From: Cyanobacteria bacterium P01_F01_bin.150 | GTDB lineage: Bacteria; Cyanobacteriota; Cyanobacteriia; CAKZMO01 | Direction of reading: 5' to 3' | DNA length: 64,000 nt | Assembly (NCBI GenBank): GCA_039189765.1 | Contig: JBCCYL010000002.1 | Location: 1 to 64,000, forward strand | Shown: piece by piece, positions 53,301 to 62,102 of the stretch | How positions within the stretch are numbered: the stretch's first letter is position 1 | Layout: the number at the start of each line of letters is the position of its first letter | Program-made: the position numbers and the translations under genes | Notes under the pieces: model-generated | Told to the model about the DNA's origin: nothing | The model's input: the letters and a program-made list of their open reading frames with translations, nothing else | Database searches by the model: none

Positions 53301-56300
53301 ACGCAACGTTCAGGCTTTGCTGGAGGAGTCACCATTGAGGCCACCGACTCTGTCCGCTTTAGTGGTTTTTGGGTGGATGAAGACGGTAATCCCGTCACCG
53401 ATGCCAATGGCAGTCCCCTGGTGGATGAGCTGGGCCAACCCCTTCCGGCCGGGGTCTTTGTTGAAGGCCGGGGAGACGGCATTGCCCTGCCGCTCAATAT
53501 CACCACGGGCGAACTAATTATTGAAAATGGTGCCCAAGCCTCTGTCTCTACGGAAAATGGCCAGGGGGGCGCTTTAAACGTTACTGCCACTGAACGGGTG
53601 CAATTAAAGGATGGAGGACTGTTTGCCCGTGCAACCAACAGCGGCAGGGCAGGGCAAGTCAACATTGCCACCCCAAATCTCAGTCTCAGCAATGGTTCAA
53701 TCATCTCCGCGACCAATATTTCTACCTCAAGCGAAGGTGTCTTCCTAAGTGGCTTGGATACATTGGAAATTTTGGATAGCGAAATTTCCACATCCACTCA
53801 AATAGGGTCAGCGGGTAGTGTGCAAGTCAGTGGAAGAGAAGACGCCCCTGTCAATAGCATTCTCCTACATGGATCAGAGGCTCGCATTGCCGCAAGGGCC
53901 ACTGGGGATGGTGGCAATGCGGATCGGGTAGATCTCAATGTCTTGAATTTGATGGTGGAAGATGGTGCAGAAATTACTGCGTCTAACCGTTCAAGCCGCA
54001 GTGAAGGCGTATTCCTGAGCAACCTTGAGCAGCTTAGCGTGATTAATGGAGGCCAAATTACTGCATCGACAGGAACGGGATTAGCTGGAAGTGTACAGGT
54101 TAATTTAGAAGACGGTGAGCGTCCAGCCAATGCGATCCTTGTCAGTGGCGATAATTCACGGATTGCGGCTGAAGCCACAGAAAATATCGGTAATGCTGGT
54201 AACGTACGCTTTAATGTCCAAGAGCTAACGGTTCAGGATGGTGGAGAAATCAGTACCTCCACCCGGTTTGGAGAGGCTGGAAGTGTAGTGATTAGTGCCG
54301 ATACGGTGTTGCTGAATCAGGAAGGACGCATTAATGCCGAAACCGATGGCGGTCAGGGGGGGAACGTTGAACTTCGAGTAAATGAAACATTACACATTCA
54401 AAATGGGAGCGAGATTTCTGCGACTACCCAATCGGGGACAGGTGGTAGCATTACAGTGAGCGAGCCTGCCATCGTTAACGTGCGGAATAGCCAAATCGCA
54501 GCTACTGCTGAAACTGCTATCGGTGAAGCCGGGGCGGTAAATGTGAATGCGTCAGAATCAATACTTCTTAGTGGCCAAATCAATGATAATCAGCGGAGCG
54601 GAATTTTCGTTTCCGCCCAAGGGGGAGAGGCTGGGGCCTTAACGTTAACCACTCCAACACTCAGCATCCGTAATGGGGCTGAACTTTCTGTAAGCAACGA
54701 AGAATCTGGCGATTCAGGGAATCTTTCGATTACTGCCAATACGGTATCACTGCGCAAAGATGGACAAATCAACGCAGAAACTGATGCTGGTTCGGGAGGC
54801 AGCATCGACCTTGCCATTGGGGAGACTTTAACGCTCAATAACAGCCGAATTTCGGCTACTACCAACGATGGAATTGGGGGCAGTATTATCCTCAATAGTG
54901 ATGAGGGTAATGAATCCTTTACCAATGCTGTGCAGTTGAGGAATGGTAGCGCGATCGCCACCACCGCCACGGGTTCGGGAGATGCGGGTCGTCTGCGCCT
55001 AAATGCCAATAGCCTGACCTTAAATCAATCGGAGATCAATGCGGCAACCAATACGGGGGCAAACGGCAACATTCGCCTCAATGTGGATGAAACACTGAGT
55101 CTGCAAAACGGCAGCGAGATTTCGGCCACCACCCAATCTGGAACAGGCGGCGATATTGTAATTCGCGAAGTGGATACAGTTCGCCTCAGAAACAGCAGTA
55201 TTTCATCTTCAGCCCAGAGAGGAGAAGCCGGTGATCTAAGCATTACCGCATCTGAACGCATTACCTTATCGGGAACCGCTGAAGGCCGGGGTGGACTGCT
55301 GGTGGAATCCCGCCAAGATAAGGGCGGAGAGTTGAGAGTCCAAGCGAACGAACTTTTAGTGGAAGAGGATGCCGATATCTCCGCTTCCACCAATACCGGA
55401 ACGGCAGGGGATATTATCATCACGATCGCCGAGTCAATTCGCCTGAGCGGGGATGGAACGGAACTAGCAGCCCAGGCTAGACGATCTGGAGGCACCGCTG
55501 GCGATGTTGAGATTACAGCCGAGCAGGTAACCGTTGATAATGGAGCGGCAATTCTAGCGTCTAATCAGGATGCGCCCAGTGGCGGCTCGATTACCTTAAA
55601 CGGGCTAGAGACCCTAGACGTTAAACGGGGTAGAATCTCAGCGGAAACAGAAACCGGGGTTGCAGGGAACTTATCCATTAATGCAGTGGATTCAATACAG
55701 TTAACCGATGGAGCGGTGCTGTCCGTTGAAACTGGAGCGTCTCAAAGTTCCGTTAGCGGAGATGGGCGAACTAGTCAGGGTGGGAACCAGGGTAGGAGCC
55801 AGGAGCGCGCGCAGGATAGAGGTCAGAGTAGGGGCGATGGGCGATCGCCCTCAAGAACAGCAGCCTCATCCATCCCCGAAGCCGGTAATCTTTCCATTGC
55901 CACCAATCGTCTAACCCTTGAGGATGGCTCTAGGATTTTGGTAAGCAGCCCCAATGGCCAGGCCGGAAATATTTTGATTCTTGGCTCGGAGGTAGAGCTA
56001 GACAACGGCAGTATTCGCGCAACAACCAGCGCCAATGCGAGTGATGGCAATGAGTCTGCCAATATTACCATTGGCGATTTAGACCTACTGTTCATTGAAA
56101 ACAACAGCTTAATCTCCGCCGAAGCCCTAGCTGGGGCCAATGGCGGCAATATTACTCTGGATGCAGGAAACGGATTTATTATTGCTCCCCCATCAGCCAA
56201 TAGTGACCTAATTGCCAATGCAATTGGTGGAGACGGTGGACGAATTACCATCAGAGCCCTACAGCTTTTTGGGTTTCAAGTAAATTCCGGTGAGTTTGAT

Positions 56301-56726
56301 GACTTACGAGCCAATCAGACCAGCGATATCAGCGTCAGCTCCACCCTTGGAACAGATGGTGTGATTGCCGTTGATGATTTAGGCATTGACCCGGTGCAAG
56401 CAGCAGGAGAATTACCGACAGATACCGCTACGCCCCCCCTCAGCCAGGGATGTCAAGCGGGCAGTGGATCAGGAGAATTTACCAATGCAGGACGGGGCGG
56501 AATTCACGCCAGCCCCTTAGACCCTTTAAGCCACGATGTGAGTTGGGAAGATATTCAGCCATCCAATCAGCGAACAGGGTCTTCATTATTCGATGAAATA
56601 TCCCAGCAAACCGAATCAAGTGCGCATATTGAAGCTGAAGCCTGGTTTATCGATGACAAAGGTAATGTTGTTCTAAGCAATGAACCTGAAGCATATACTA
56701 CTGCTCTCAGATGTCAGATACAGTAG
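47397..56726 (+). CDS. Filamentous-haemagglutinin-family (TpsA-like) large exoprotein
   Basis: AQVIPD, NIFHSFEEFNV, LFLLNPNGILFG secretion-domain motifs; dozens of GNAG/GDSG beta-helix repeats. Confidence 0.92.
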   Translation: MKCSRCNRWMQIGLTLLATTFTTAVHAATSEQHSLGTDYNSPPPLVLPESSNEANKPSEDAQPKASGWIQKTETAPPGALPTVRVFLPGEYSPDNGVTEPAIAEPAITELAITEPAIAEPAITAPVITEPAITAPVITEPAIAKPTITELAITEPAITEPAPSLPEPLISNGEELSNKGTDAVNRLSSIEPVESQEQEPLPAGAVPTSVTFSPADSVVEQNSKVSQTPEDPRQETLLFLDEKEEPNAHSPDTVNIAEDTRDLNQVGNTPPKKNPANKIGPSKESEVILDGASDDPLIAQVIPDATLGNESSVVVPDHPANKIAPSKESEMILDGASDDLLIAQVIPDATLGNESSVVVPDQTVRGDAADLIDGGAVRGANIFHSFEEFNVNTGQRVYFSSPEGIDRILSRVTGNNVSGIDGVLGVDGFANLFLLNPNGILFGPNASLDVAGSFLATTANGFTFDDGVTFSAVNPDAPPILTMDMPPGLQYGTGQSGPVINGGNLAVGANESLTLTGSAVINTGTLTAEGGEVAIASFTEPSAVQLGEKGQIHEITSLADLQTPEQPNAVPIAPSVAEIVAGTDIALGLTLADTGEVRVMESGSVIPVESGNTIVAGTIDAANRNSNGLGGSVNLIGDRVALVDSAYIDVSGDGGGGVALVGGNYQGQGDFPPALRTYVGSNAEIRADAVTTGDGGRVIVWADQATHFTGDISAQGGSQEGDGGFVEVSGAESLAFGGEVNTQAVNGQMGSLLLDPANITISDTAPEGFTTLGAGDLSLADFFYGATEDQGQNSHLTPITVVDLLASNDLTLEATDTIAVNNNVDANSDNNLTLKASTIEVNNALLTQTGRGDIVLETPQSVGHSVMLDGGIVNTAVVSGTMGDGGDVRITTHDLTVQNGGAIITSTFGAGDSGLLQIDATGNLIVVGNGSVIASAAGPGAEGNGGGVTIATDNLAVGSNAEILSNTLGQGDSGLLQIDATGDIVVDGAGASIGSLVIAGAVGDSGGITITANNLLVSNSAGVTSATFGQGSAGLLQIDATGDIVVDGNGAFISGNVLPGAVGNSGGIFITTNDLSVRNGALVVASTLGDGNAGRIEIQATGNIVVDGEETFIESAVGPTTVGNSGGITINTQNLSVLNNAIILTDTFGQGDSGLLQIDATGNIVIDGEGTSIESAVLSGAVGNSGGMTINTQNLSVLNNAIISTNTFGQGNAGLLQIDAIGDISLGDGAIIQSVVGPGAIGNSRGIAIDTQNLSALNGSSISSNTLGQGNSGVLQINARGEVRVEGSGTAVSAIESAVGPNAVGNSSGIAIVTNNLSVLNDAGILSSTFGQGDAGLLQIDATGDIVVDGSGGVSITAIESAVGPNAVGRSGGLVIKASSLFVLNSAGVSSNTFSRGNAGLLQIDAARDIVVDGEAGIVSEVRPDAVGNSEGITITTNNLFVRNGAGVLANTSGQGDAGFLQIDARGDIVVDGSGEASFTSIESTVEPDAVGNSGGIVIMTNNLSINGAGFNAGISSGTFGQGDAGLLQIDATGDIVVNGEALINSRVQRDALGNSEGITITTNNLFVRNGAGITASTLSQGNSGLLQIHATGSIVVDGDVAFLASGVGVEATGNSSGLKITTNDLSVLNSAVVSASTRGEGDSGLLQIDATGDILVDGEESMISSAVDPSAVGNSEGLILTTNHLAVLNSGQVSAKTDGQGNAGSVQIQSRDNSDLLITLDDESLIEATTSNTFDGGNLQLNTPGVLTIQGPGTLTTETSGVGNAGDIDIEANTLVLEEGATATAQTVGEGAAGDVTVDAANSVLLTGEGTRLAAEAVNNSAAGNLIITTGKLDVTDNANVSISTQDGPGGDITLTLNDLAVVDSLIEAETENGVAGNLTVNTRENPSNSIVLSGVLPNNNPAGLSVESTGDQGQAGILRLHTHDLMVQDGADLSAERVRGNVNNEGDTIRITELDSLTIDNARISASTQRSGFAGGVTIEATDSVRFSGFWVDEDGNPVTDANGSPLVDELGQPLPAGVFVEGRGDGIALPLNITTGELIIENGAQASVSTENGQGGALNVTATERVQLKDGGLFARATNSGRAGQVNIATPNLSLSNGSIISATNISTSSEGVFLSGLDTLEILDSEISTSTQIGSAGSVQVSGREDAPVNSILLHGSEARIAARATGDGGNADRVDLNVLNLMVEDGAEITASNRSSRSEGVFLSNLEQLSVINGGQITASTGTGLAGSVQVNLEDGERPANAILVSGDNSRIAAEATENIGNAGNVRFNVQELTVQDGGEISTSTRFGEAGSVVISADTVLLNQEGRINAETDGGQGGNVELRVNETLHIQNGSEISATTQSGTGGSITVSEPAIVNVRNSQIAATAETAIGEAGAVNVNASESILLSGQINDNQRSGIFVSAQGGEAGALTLTTPTLSIRNGAELSVSNEESGDSGNLSITANTVSLRKDGQINAETDAGSGGSIDLAIGETLTLNNSRISATTNDGIGGSIILNSDEGNESFTNAVQLRNGSAIATTATGSGDAGRLRLNANSLTLNQSEINAATNTGANGNIRLNVDETLSLQNGSEISATTQSGTGGDIVIREVDTVRLRNSSISSSAQRGEAGDLSITASERITLSGTAEGRGGLLVESRQDKGGELRVQANELLVEEDADISASTNTGTAGDIIITIAESIRLSGDGTELAAQARRSGGTAGDVEITAEQVTVDNGAAILASNQDAPSGGSITLNGLETLDVKRGRISAETETGVAGNLSINAVDSIQLTDGAVLSVETGASQSSVSGDGRTSQGGNQGRSQERAQDRGQSRGDGRSPSRTAASSIPEAGNLSIATNRLTLEDGSRILVSSPNGQAGNILILGSEVELDNGSIRATTSANASDGNESANITIGDLDLLFIENNSLISAEALAGANGGNITLDAGNGFIIAPPSANSDLIANAIGGDGGRITIRALQLFGFQVNSGEFDDLRANQTSDISVSSTLGTDGVIAVDDLGIDPVQAAGELPTDTATPPLSQGCQAGSGSGEFTNAGRGGIHASPLDPLSHDVSWEDIQPSNQRTGSSLFDEISQQTESSAHIEAEAWFIDDKGNVVLSNEPEAYTTALRCQIQ
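47687..47876. repeat. In-frame 15-bp tandem repeat (EPAIT-like, about 12 units)
   Basis: GAGCCTGCGATTACA-like units. Confidence 0.85.
48215..48478. repeat. 132-bp in-frame tandem duplication
   Basis: 48215-48346 and 48347-48478 both encode PANKI..SKESE.ILDGASDD.LIAQVIPDATLGNESSVVVPD. Confidence 0.9.
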
Positions 56727-56746
56727 CGTTTCAGGATGGTTCAATC

Positions 56747-57415
56747 TTAGGGTAGAAAACGCGATCGCTCAGCTTCCGAGGGCATCCGACAGGTCTCACG
56801 CCGACCAAAGAGACGATAGCGATTGCGAGCAACCATTCGATAAACGGCATCCCGAATAAACGGGGGAATGCCACCTCCCAACGCAGCAACGGACCACAGT
56901 CCGCCCAGTCGTCGCCAAATTTGAATCACCGCATCGGATTGGGCATATAGCTGATAGGGAGAAGAATCCGAAGATCGGGCAGATGATGGAGCGGGAGATG
57001 ATGAAGCCGGGTCCAAATAGTAGATAGACCATTCTTCTCGATTATGGGGAAGGGGCGGCAAATATTGACGCGCGGTTTCCCCTTGTAAGGGAGAAATATA
57101 GAACAATTCCTTGGTATCAATTTGCAACAGCAGATCGACAAATCCGTTGCACATCACGCAGTCGCCATCAAAAAATATAATGGGCCGATCCTCTTGCCAG
57201 GGTAACGCTGTGCCATCGCTATTGTCTCCAGAGCGTTTGGTCTGGCGATCGCCAGGATAATTATTCCCTACAGAAATTACGCTTTTATTTTGCTGTTGCC
57301 CAACCATGCTTACACAAACCTCCGACTGTATTGAGAATCCCAGTGCTGTATAGGATTTATTCTGACATTTTTCGCTCGGTCTTGCCTCAGCCCCATAGGT
57401 AAAATGAAATTCCAT
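56747..57415 (-). CDS. DCC1-like thiol-disulfide oxidoreductase (DUF393); start probably ATG at 57307
   Basis: FDGDCVMC, RDAVYRMVARNRYRLFG. Confidence 0.88.
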   Translation of the reverse strand: MEFHFTYGAEARPSEKCQNKSYTALGFSIQSEVCVSMVGQQQNKSVISVGNNYPGDRQTKRSGDNSDGTALPWQEDRPIIFFDGDCVMCNGFVDLLLQIDTKELFYISPLQGETARQYLPPLPHNREEWSIYYLDPASSSPAPSSARSSDSSPYQLYAQSDAVIQIWRRLGGLWSVAALGGGIPPFIRDAVYRMVARNRYRLFGRRETCRMPSEAERSRFLP

Positions 57416-57448
57416 GGCCTACGCTATACGAGCCAATTAAAGGCAGAG

Positions 57449-57482
57449 ACGGCAGTATGGGCACTCTAGCCCTTACTGCCGT
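57449..57482. terminator. Hairpin downstream of the RTX gene
   Basis: ACGGCAGTA.GGGC...GCCC.TACTGCCGT. Confidence 0.5.
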
Positions 57483-57524
57483 GTTTAATTTAAGCGCACA
57501 GCGCCGTAGGTTAGCGGTATCAGA

Positions 57525-59165
57525 CTAAAGCTCAAAGCTTGATGCATCAATAAGATTTGCATTTACGCCTTTGAGAATAGCAATCGTTTTAAAGGAATTT
57601 CCCTGACCATTTCCGTCACGGTCAATTTGAACACGCGCCCGTTGTCCTGTTCCTTTAATCCGCACAAAGTTCTCAAAGGGAGTGTCTGATGTAAACGCTT
57701 TGCCCTTGAAAACAGAGGCAATATCAACCAAGTCAGAGCCTACTTCAAAATCTAAAATCGTATCTGGCTTATCCCGTAAATCCTTTCGAGAAAAGCGGAA
57801 GATATCGCTGCCAGTACCGCCTTTATGGCGATCGCGTCCCCGTCCCCCAATTAAGATGTCATCACCAGCTCTTCCAACCAAAACGTCATTTCCTTTACGT
57901 CCCCGCAGCAGATCGTCTTCCTGGGTTCCCTTTAATCGATCATTCTTATTCGTTCCATTAATCTTGTTGCGACGTTTAGTCGGTGCGGTAGGGTCGGTAG
58001 GAGTGGGAGAATCAGGAGTAGGAGGGGCAGGAGGCTCAGGGGGTGTGGGAGGTTCCGATTCTAATGTGCTTAAAAAAAGCTGAATCTCGCCGTCGCCATT
58101 GCCAACCAGTAAATCTTCCCTGCCATCACCGTTCCAATCCACCGCATGTAAGTTTACTTCATCACCCAACTCAAGGGCCGTTAATTTATTGTCAGGCACC
58201 GTTACGCCGAATAATTCAGTTTCCACATCAGGCATATACGTCCACTGACGATTCGCAAAATCAAAGCGATAGGCTGTGAGATCGGCCAGCACATCAATTC
58301 GGTCATGGCCCAAAAGGAGAATGCGATCGCCCTCATAATTGAGAATAGTCGCCCCAGAAATATCCGTCTCTGTGCTAGTAGAAATGATAATGTTATTGTT
58401 GATGTCGATATACTCAGAGAAGCCCGATACTCTGTTGCCAGTTTTAGGATTGTTATCGGGAAAGTCTCGTTTTTCGCCTGATGGACGAGTGTTGAACTGA
58501 CGGAAAGAATTTAATGAATCCTGCTCATCAACCATGGTGTAAATGTAGTTGCCGTTACCATCCCGAGTGCCAAAGAACAGCTCAAAAATGCCTAACTCGC
58601 TGCTGGCAAAAGCGACCTCAGGCACGCCATTCTCATCAAGGTCCCCAACAACCATCGGCGTATTGCCATTGACAAAAAAATTGCCAGGTAAAAGTTTAAA
58701 TGGGTTGTCATCCCCCGTCAGTTCCCGATAGCCATTGCCATCAGGGCTGAAAACACGGTGACTTGCTCCTGAGTCACTCATAACCAAGTAGTGGCTGTTT
58801 GACTGATTGGGAACAAAAGTGACTCGTAGATTAGCCCCAAAACCTCGACTTGCGGCAGCAAAAGGGTTGTTATCTCCAGTCCGCTCCACCAGGATTCCAT
58901 CGCGGTTCTCATAGTACTTTAATCGTGTTGGATTCAAAACATTGGGATGATGCGCCACTATCACATCTAAATCGCCATCGTTATCCACATCAAACGTGGT
59001 CGGAGCAGCATTCGAACCCACATCAATTCCCTCGAAAGGGTTTTGCGCACCCATTTGTTTTACGAACTTAGCTTGAGCAATGTTTGCTGTAGTTGGAGGC
59101 ATCGTCATATCCTTTGTGTGTGATGATTGGCATATGTAGCGGTGATTGCCAAAATGTAAGTACAC
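57525..59165 (-). CDS. FG-GAP/VCBS repeat protein with RTX Ca-binding repeats and type I secretion-like C-terminus (start probably about 59108)
   Basis: DVDNDGDLD, DWNGDGREDLLVG; GRKGNDVLVGRAGDDILIGGRGRD; DTILDFEVGSD. Confidence 0.85.
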   Translation of the reverse strand: MYLHFGNHRYICQSSHTKDMTMPPTTANIAQAKFVKQMGAQNPFEGIDVGSNAAPTTFDVDNDGDLDVIVAHHPNVLNPTRLKYYENRDGILVERTGDNNPFAAASRGFGANLRVTFVPNQSNSHYLVMSDSGASHRVFSPDGNGYRELTGDDNPFKLLPGNFFVNGNTPMVVGDLDENGVPEVAFASSELGIFELFFGTRDGNGNYIYTMVDEQDSLNSFRQFNTRPSGEKRDFPDNNPKTGNRVSGFSEYIDINNNIIISTSTETDISGATILNYEGDRILLLGHDRIDVLADLTAYRFDFANRQWTYMPDVETELFGVTVPDNKLTALELGDEVNLHAVDWNGDGREDLLVGNGDGEIQLFLSTLESEPPTPPEPPAPPTPDSPTPTDPTAPTKRRNKINGTNKNDRLKGTQEDDLLRGRKGNDVLVGRAGDDILIGGRGRDRHKGGTGSDIFRFSRKDLRDKPDTILDFEVGSDLVDIASVFKGKAFTSDTPFENFVRIKGTGQRARVQIDRDGNGQGNSFKTIAILKGVNANLIDASSFEL

Positions 59166-59583
59166 TCAACAAAACTATCCTAAAGATGATATTTACTCCG
59201 AATGGCTAAGTGCTGAACTTTTTATTTTGGAAATCCCCTGCGTGGCGGGGGATTTCCAAAAAGCTTTTAGCCGTTGGCATCATAGATCTGTTTGAATGTA
59301 CAAATTACTTATGTACCAATCGCGTGTAGATGATCTTCACACCGCTAGAGAAGATTCATGCAGAGAATGACCTTTTCCAGAACGTTTATAGTCTTAGGCA
59401 CTCTCATTACAAAAGAGACGTTTTCGTTGGGGCGCTGTACATCCCCACGAAAACGTCCTAACCAATATGACCATGGTTGTGTAGTTGTCAGCAAAGCTCT
59501 GGGGTTTCATTTTGAGACGAATCAAAATAGACGATGGTGTGGACGCAACGCACCCACACCATCGTTCAAAACCCATAGCTCCC

Positions 59584-61104
59584 CTAGATTAACTGCTGGG
59601 ATGACTGCAACGTTTCTGGCGTAGCAATAGCCGTGCTTAGTTCAGTCGTGGAGGGTGCCGTATCAGCATTCCCTAAATCTGCAGACTTCCTCGTTTTGCC
59701 CATTCCAGCTTGGGTAAAGTCTTTAACGGTAACAGTACTCATCCATCGTTGGCGGAATACCTCATACAGAACCATCCCAGCCGCAACAGACGCATTTAAG
59801 CTAGGCGTCTTACCCGCAAGAGGGATAGAAACGAGAGCATCACAAGCCTTTTGAGTAGTCAAGCTCAAACCATTGCCTTCCGCACCGATAACAACGGCGA
59901 TCGCCGTATTAAATTCCACAGTATGAACAGCAGGGGAAGCGTCTGACGTCGTACCGTAAATCCAATATCCCGCTGCTTTCAAAGACTCCAGCGCTCGGTT
60001 CAAATTGACGACTCGTGCAACAGGCAATGTCTCTAACGCACCCGCAGCCACCTTTGCTACGGTTGAAGTAATACCTACTGCCCGTCGCTGAGGAATAACC
60101 ACCCCCTGCGCACCCAATGCTTCAGCCGTACGGATAATAGCCCCTAAATTATGAGGATCGGTAATGCTATCGGCAACTACCAGCACAGGCGGTTGGGGCG
60201 TATGCTGAACACGCTCTAACAGTTCTTCTAAGTCTAAGTAGTGGTAAGGCGCAGCCTGAGCCACCACGCCCTGATGGGTTGCCCCCTTGGTTATTTGATC
60301 AAGTCTTTGATATCCAACTTCATCAATAACGGTGCCAACTGCTTTGGCATCATTCAATAGATTATTAAACCGTGGGTCGTAGCGTAGCTTTGATACAATC
60401 CACACTTTGTTAAGCGATCGCCCCTGTTCCAACGCAGACAAAACAGCATGGCGACCGTAAAGCAAATCAGGATTTAAGTCTTCATGCTGGGCTGCTTGCT
60501 TTGGGGCATTATGGGTCTCAACGCTGAAAGACTTATCGGATGAATCATTATGAGCTGGTGTTCTATTAGATACTTTATGGAATCGGCGGTCCTGTTTTCG
60601 TTCGCGAAAAGAATGCCGATTGGAAAACTCTTGGTCAGATTCATCCCGACTGCCATGAGACCTACCAGATATTTTCCTCGGTTTGTTCCGTGATTCTTTT
60701 TTGGGCTTGCCTCTGAAGCCACCGTTTGAATCATCAGAGCGATCGTGGCGTTTCAGAGCATATGACCCCACACGCCCAGGCGCAGAGTCCCCATCTCTAG
60801 AGCGACGAACAGGCCGAACCTCATTGGATGGCGAAGATGAAACATGCTCCCGAGAAGACGAGCGCCCTCTATCATCAAATCGTCCACGGGATCGCCTTGG
60901 TTGAGCATCGTCGTATGAGCGCTCTGAGGTAGATTTTCCCTTTGACCATTTTCGCGATTTAGATGACCTACGAGATGATGGCTTACTTTGGTCATCAGCT
61001 CGGCCATTTCTGGCCTTAAAAGACTTCCCTCCAGAGCGATACTTGGAACGTTTCCCTGATTTTGAAAAATCACCCGATCGCTTTTGGTTGTGCCGTTCTG
61101 CCAT
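59584..61104 (-). CDS. rlmB: 23S rRNA Gm2251 methyltransferase with long basic N-terminal extension
   Basis: [44 protein letters not shown] motifs. Confidence 0.94.
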   Translation of the reverse strand: MAERHNQKRSGDFSKSGKRSKYRSGGKSFKARNGRADDQSKPSSRRSSKSRKWSKGKSTSERSYDDAQPRRSRGRFDDRGRSSSREHVSSSPSNEVRPVRRSRDGDSAPGRVGSYALKRHDRSDDSNGGFRGKPKKESRNKPRKISGRSHGSRDESDQEFSNRHSFRERKQDRRFHKVSNRTPAHNDSSDKSFSVETHNAPKQAAQHEDLNPDLLYGRHAVLSALEQGRSLNKVWIVSKLRYDPRFNNLLNDAKAVGTVIDEVGYQRLDQITKGATHQGVVAQAAPYHYLDLEELLERVQHTPQPPVLVVADSITDPHNLGAIIRTAEALGAQGVVIPQRRAVGITSTVAKVAAGALETLPVARVVNLNRALESLKAAGYWIYGTTSDASPAVHTVEFNTAIAVVIGAEGNGLSLTTQKACDALVSIPLAGKTPSLNASVAAGMVLYEVFRQRWMSTVTVKDFTQAGMGKTRKSADLGNADTAPSTTELSTAIATPETLQSSQQLI

Positions 61105-61151
61105 CTTACTTATATATCCCTGACTAATTTAACTGGAGATGAGAAGGGGGC

Positions 61152-61577
61152 CTATGAACCAATCGGCAGGAGGGCCAACAATGACCACAACCGATCAGGA
61201 TTTGTTAGATAAAGATATCCCAACAGCGCTTCAAAGCTAGTTGATTGCTGATAGATTTTGGCCGACATCTTTCGTGATGGGCGCGAGGATGCGTTGCGGC
61301 CCCGACGCACAACATCCAACTCATCATCCGTCAGGTGAGATAAAAGACAATGTTCCAAGTAGTGAGCCTGACGCTCAGCTCTAACAGCATTTACAACTTG
61401 GCTATGATAATCATGAATGCGCCTAGCTGGAAAAAGGTAATGGCCTCGAACATACAACTCGTAGACTGAGTCACCAAGATACGCTAGCGCCACAGGAGAT
61501 AATTGGTAGACCTCCTGTGGCGTCAGTGTTCGGTGCCTTAAAGAGATAGGTAGGAAGTTTGACAAGAGTTTAAGCAA
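61152..61577 (-). CDS. mrnC: Mini-ribonuclease III
   Basis: LAYLGDSVYEL, RRGRNA, FEALLGYLYL; upstream of rlmB; start uncertain. Confidence 0.9.
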   Translation of the reverse strand: MLKLLSNFLPISLRHRTLTPQEVYQLSPVALAYLGDSVYELYVRGHYLFPARRIHDYHSQVVNAVRAERQAHYLEHCLLSHLTDDELDVVRRGRNASSRPSRKMSAKIYQQSTSFEALLGYLYLTNPDRLWSLLALLPIGS

Positions 61578-61621
61578 TCAAAAAAGAACTCAGATACCAG
61601 CATCTCAAAAAAATGGAGCAA

Positions 61622-61996
61622 CTAACTGATATCTGACTTAAGATTCTCCAATGCTGCCTCCACGGACTCTTGCAGATTAAAAAACTTCTCAAGCCGAACA
61701 ATTTTAACAGTTTGAGTTACGCGAGGATTTGCAACCACCTGAATCTTTCCATTCTTCTCCTGCACCTTCTTAGCGATTTGCACCAAGGCACCCAATCCAG
61801 AACTATCAAGAAAGTCTATCTGCGCAAGGCTCAAAATAAGGTTAGCAGGACCATCATCAACCCATTTTCCAATTACTTTTCGGAAAGTAGGTTCAGAAAA
61901 GGCATCTAATAATCCAGCAAGGACAAATATTTGGCAATTTTCCCTGACTTCGTGTGTGCCCCGTAAACTGACGGTCAGGGTGATCGGTTCAGGAAT
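61622..61996 (-). CDS. STAS-domain anti-sigma-factor antagonist, probable ATT start
   Basis: FLDSSGLGAL motif; frame open 54 codons upstream of the TTG in the ORF track; AAGGAGG 5 nt before ATT. Confidence 0.85.
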   Translation of the reverse strand: MPEPITLTVSLRGTHEVRENCQIFVLAGLLDAFSEPTFRKVIGKWVDDGPANLILSLAQIDFLDSSGLGALVQIAKKVQEKNGKIQVVANPRVTQTVKIVRLEKFFNLQESVEAALENLKSDIS

Positions 61997-62102
61997 AGCT
62001 CCCTCCTTTTGGCATCGTTTACCTAACTAGGACGACTCAGTATAAGCGAAGTTTTATAAGGACGCAACAGTTTTTCATCTTTTGTTGTTGTCCTCACGGT
62101 TA

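Noticed and set aside
47510..56251. Many antisense ORFs of 100-350 aa opposite the haemagglutinin gene
   Set aside because: Shadow ORFs caused by repetitive codon usage of the sense gene; no recognisable domains.
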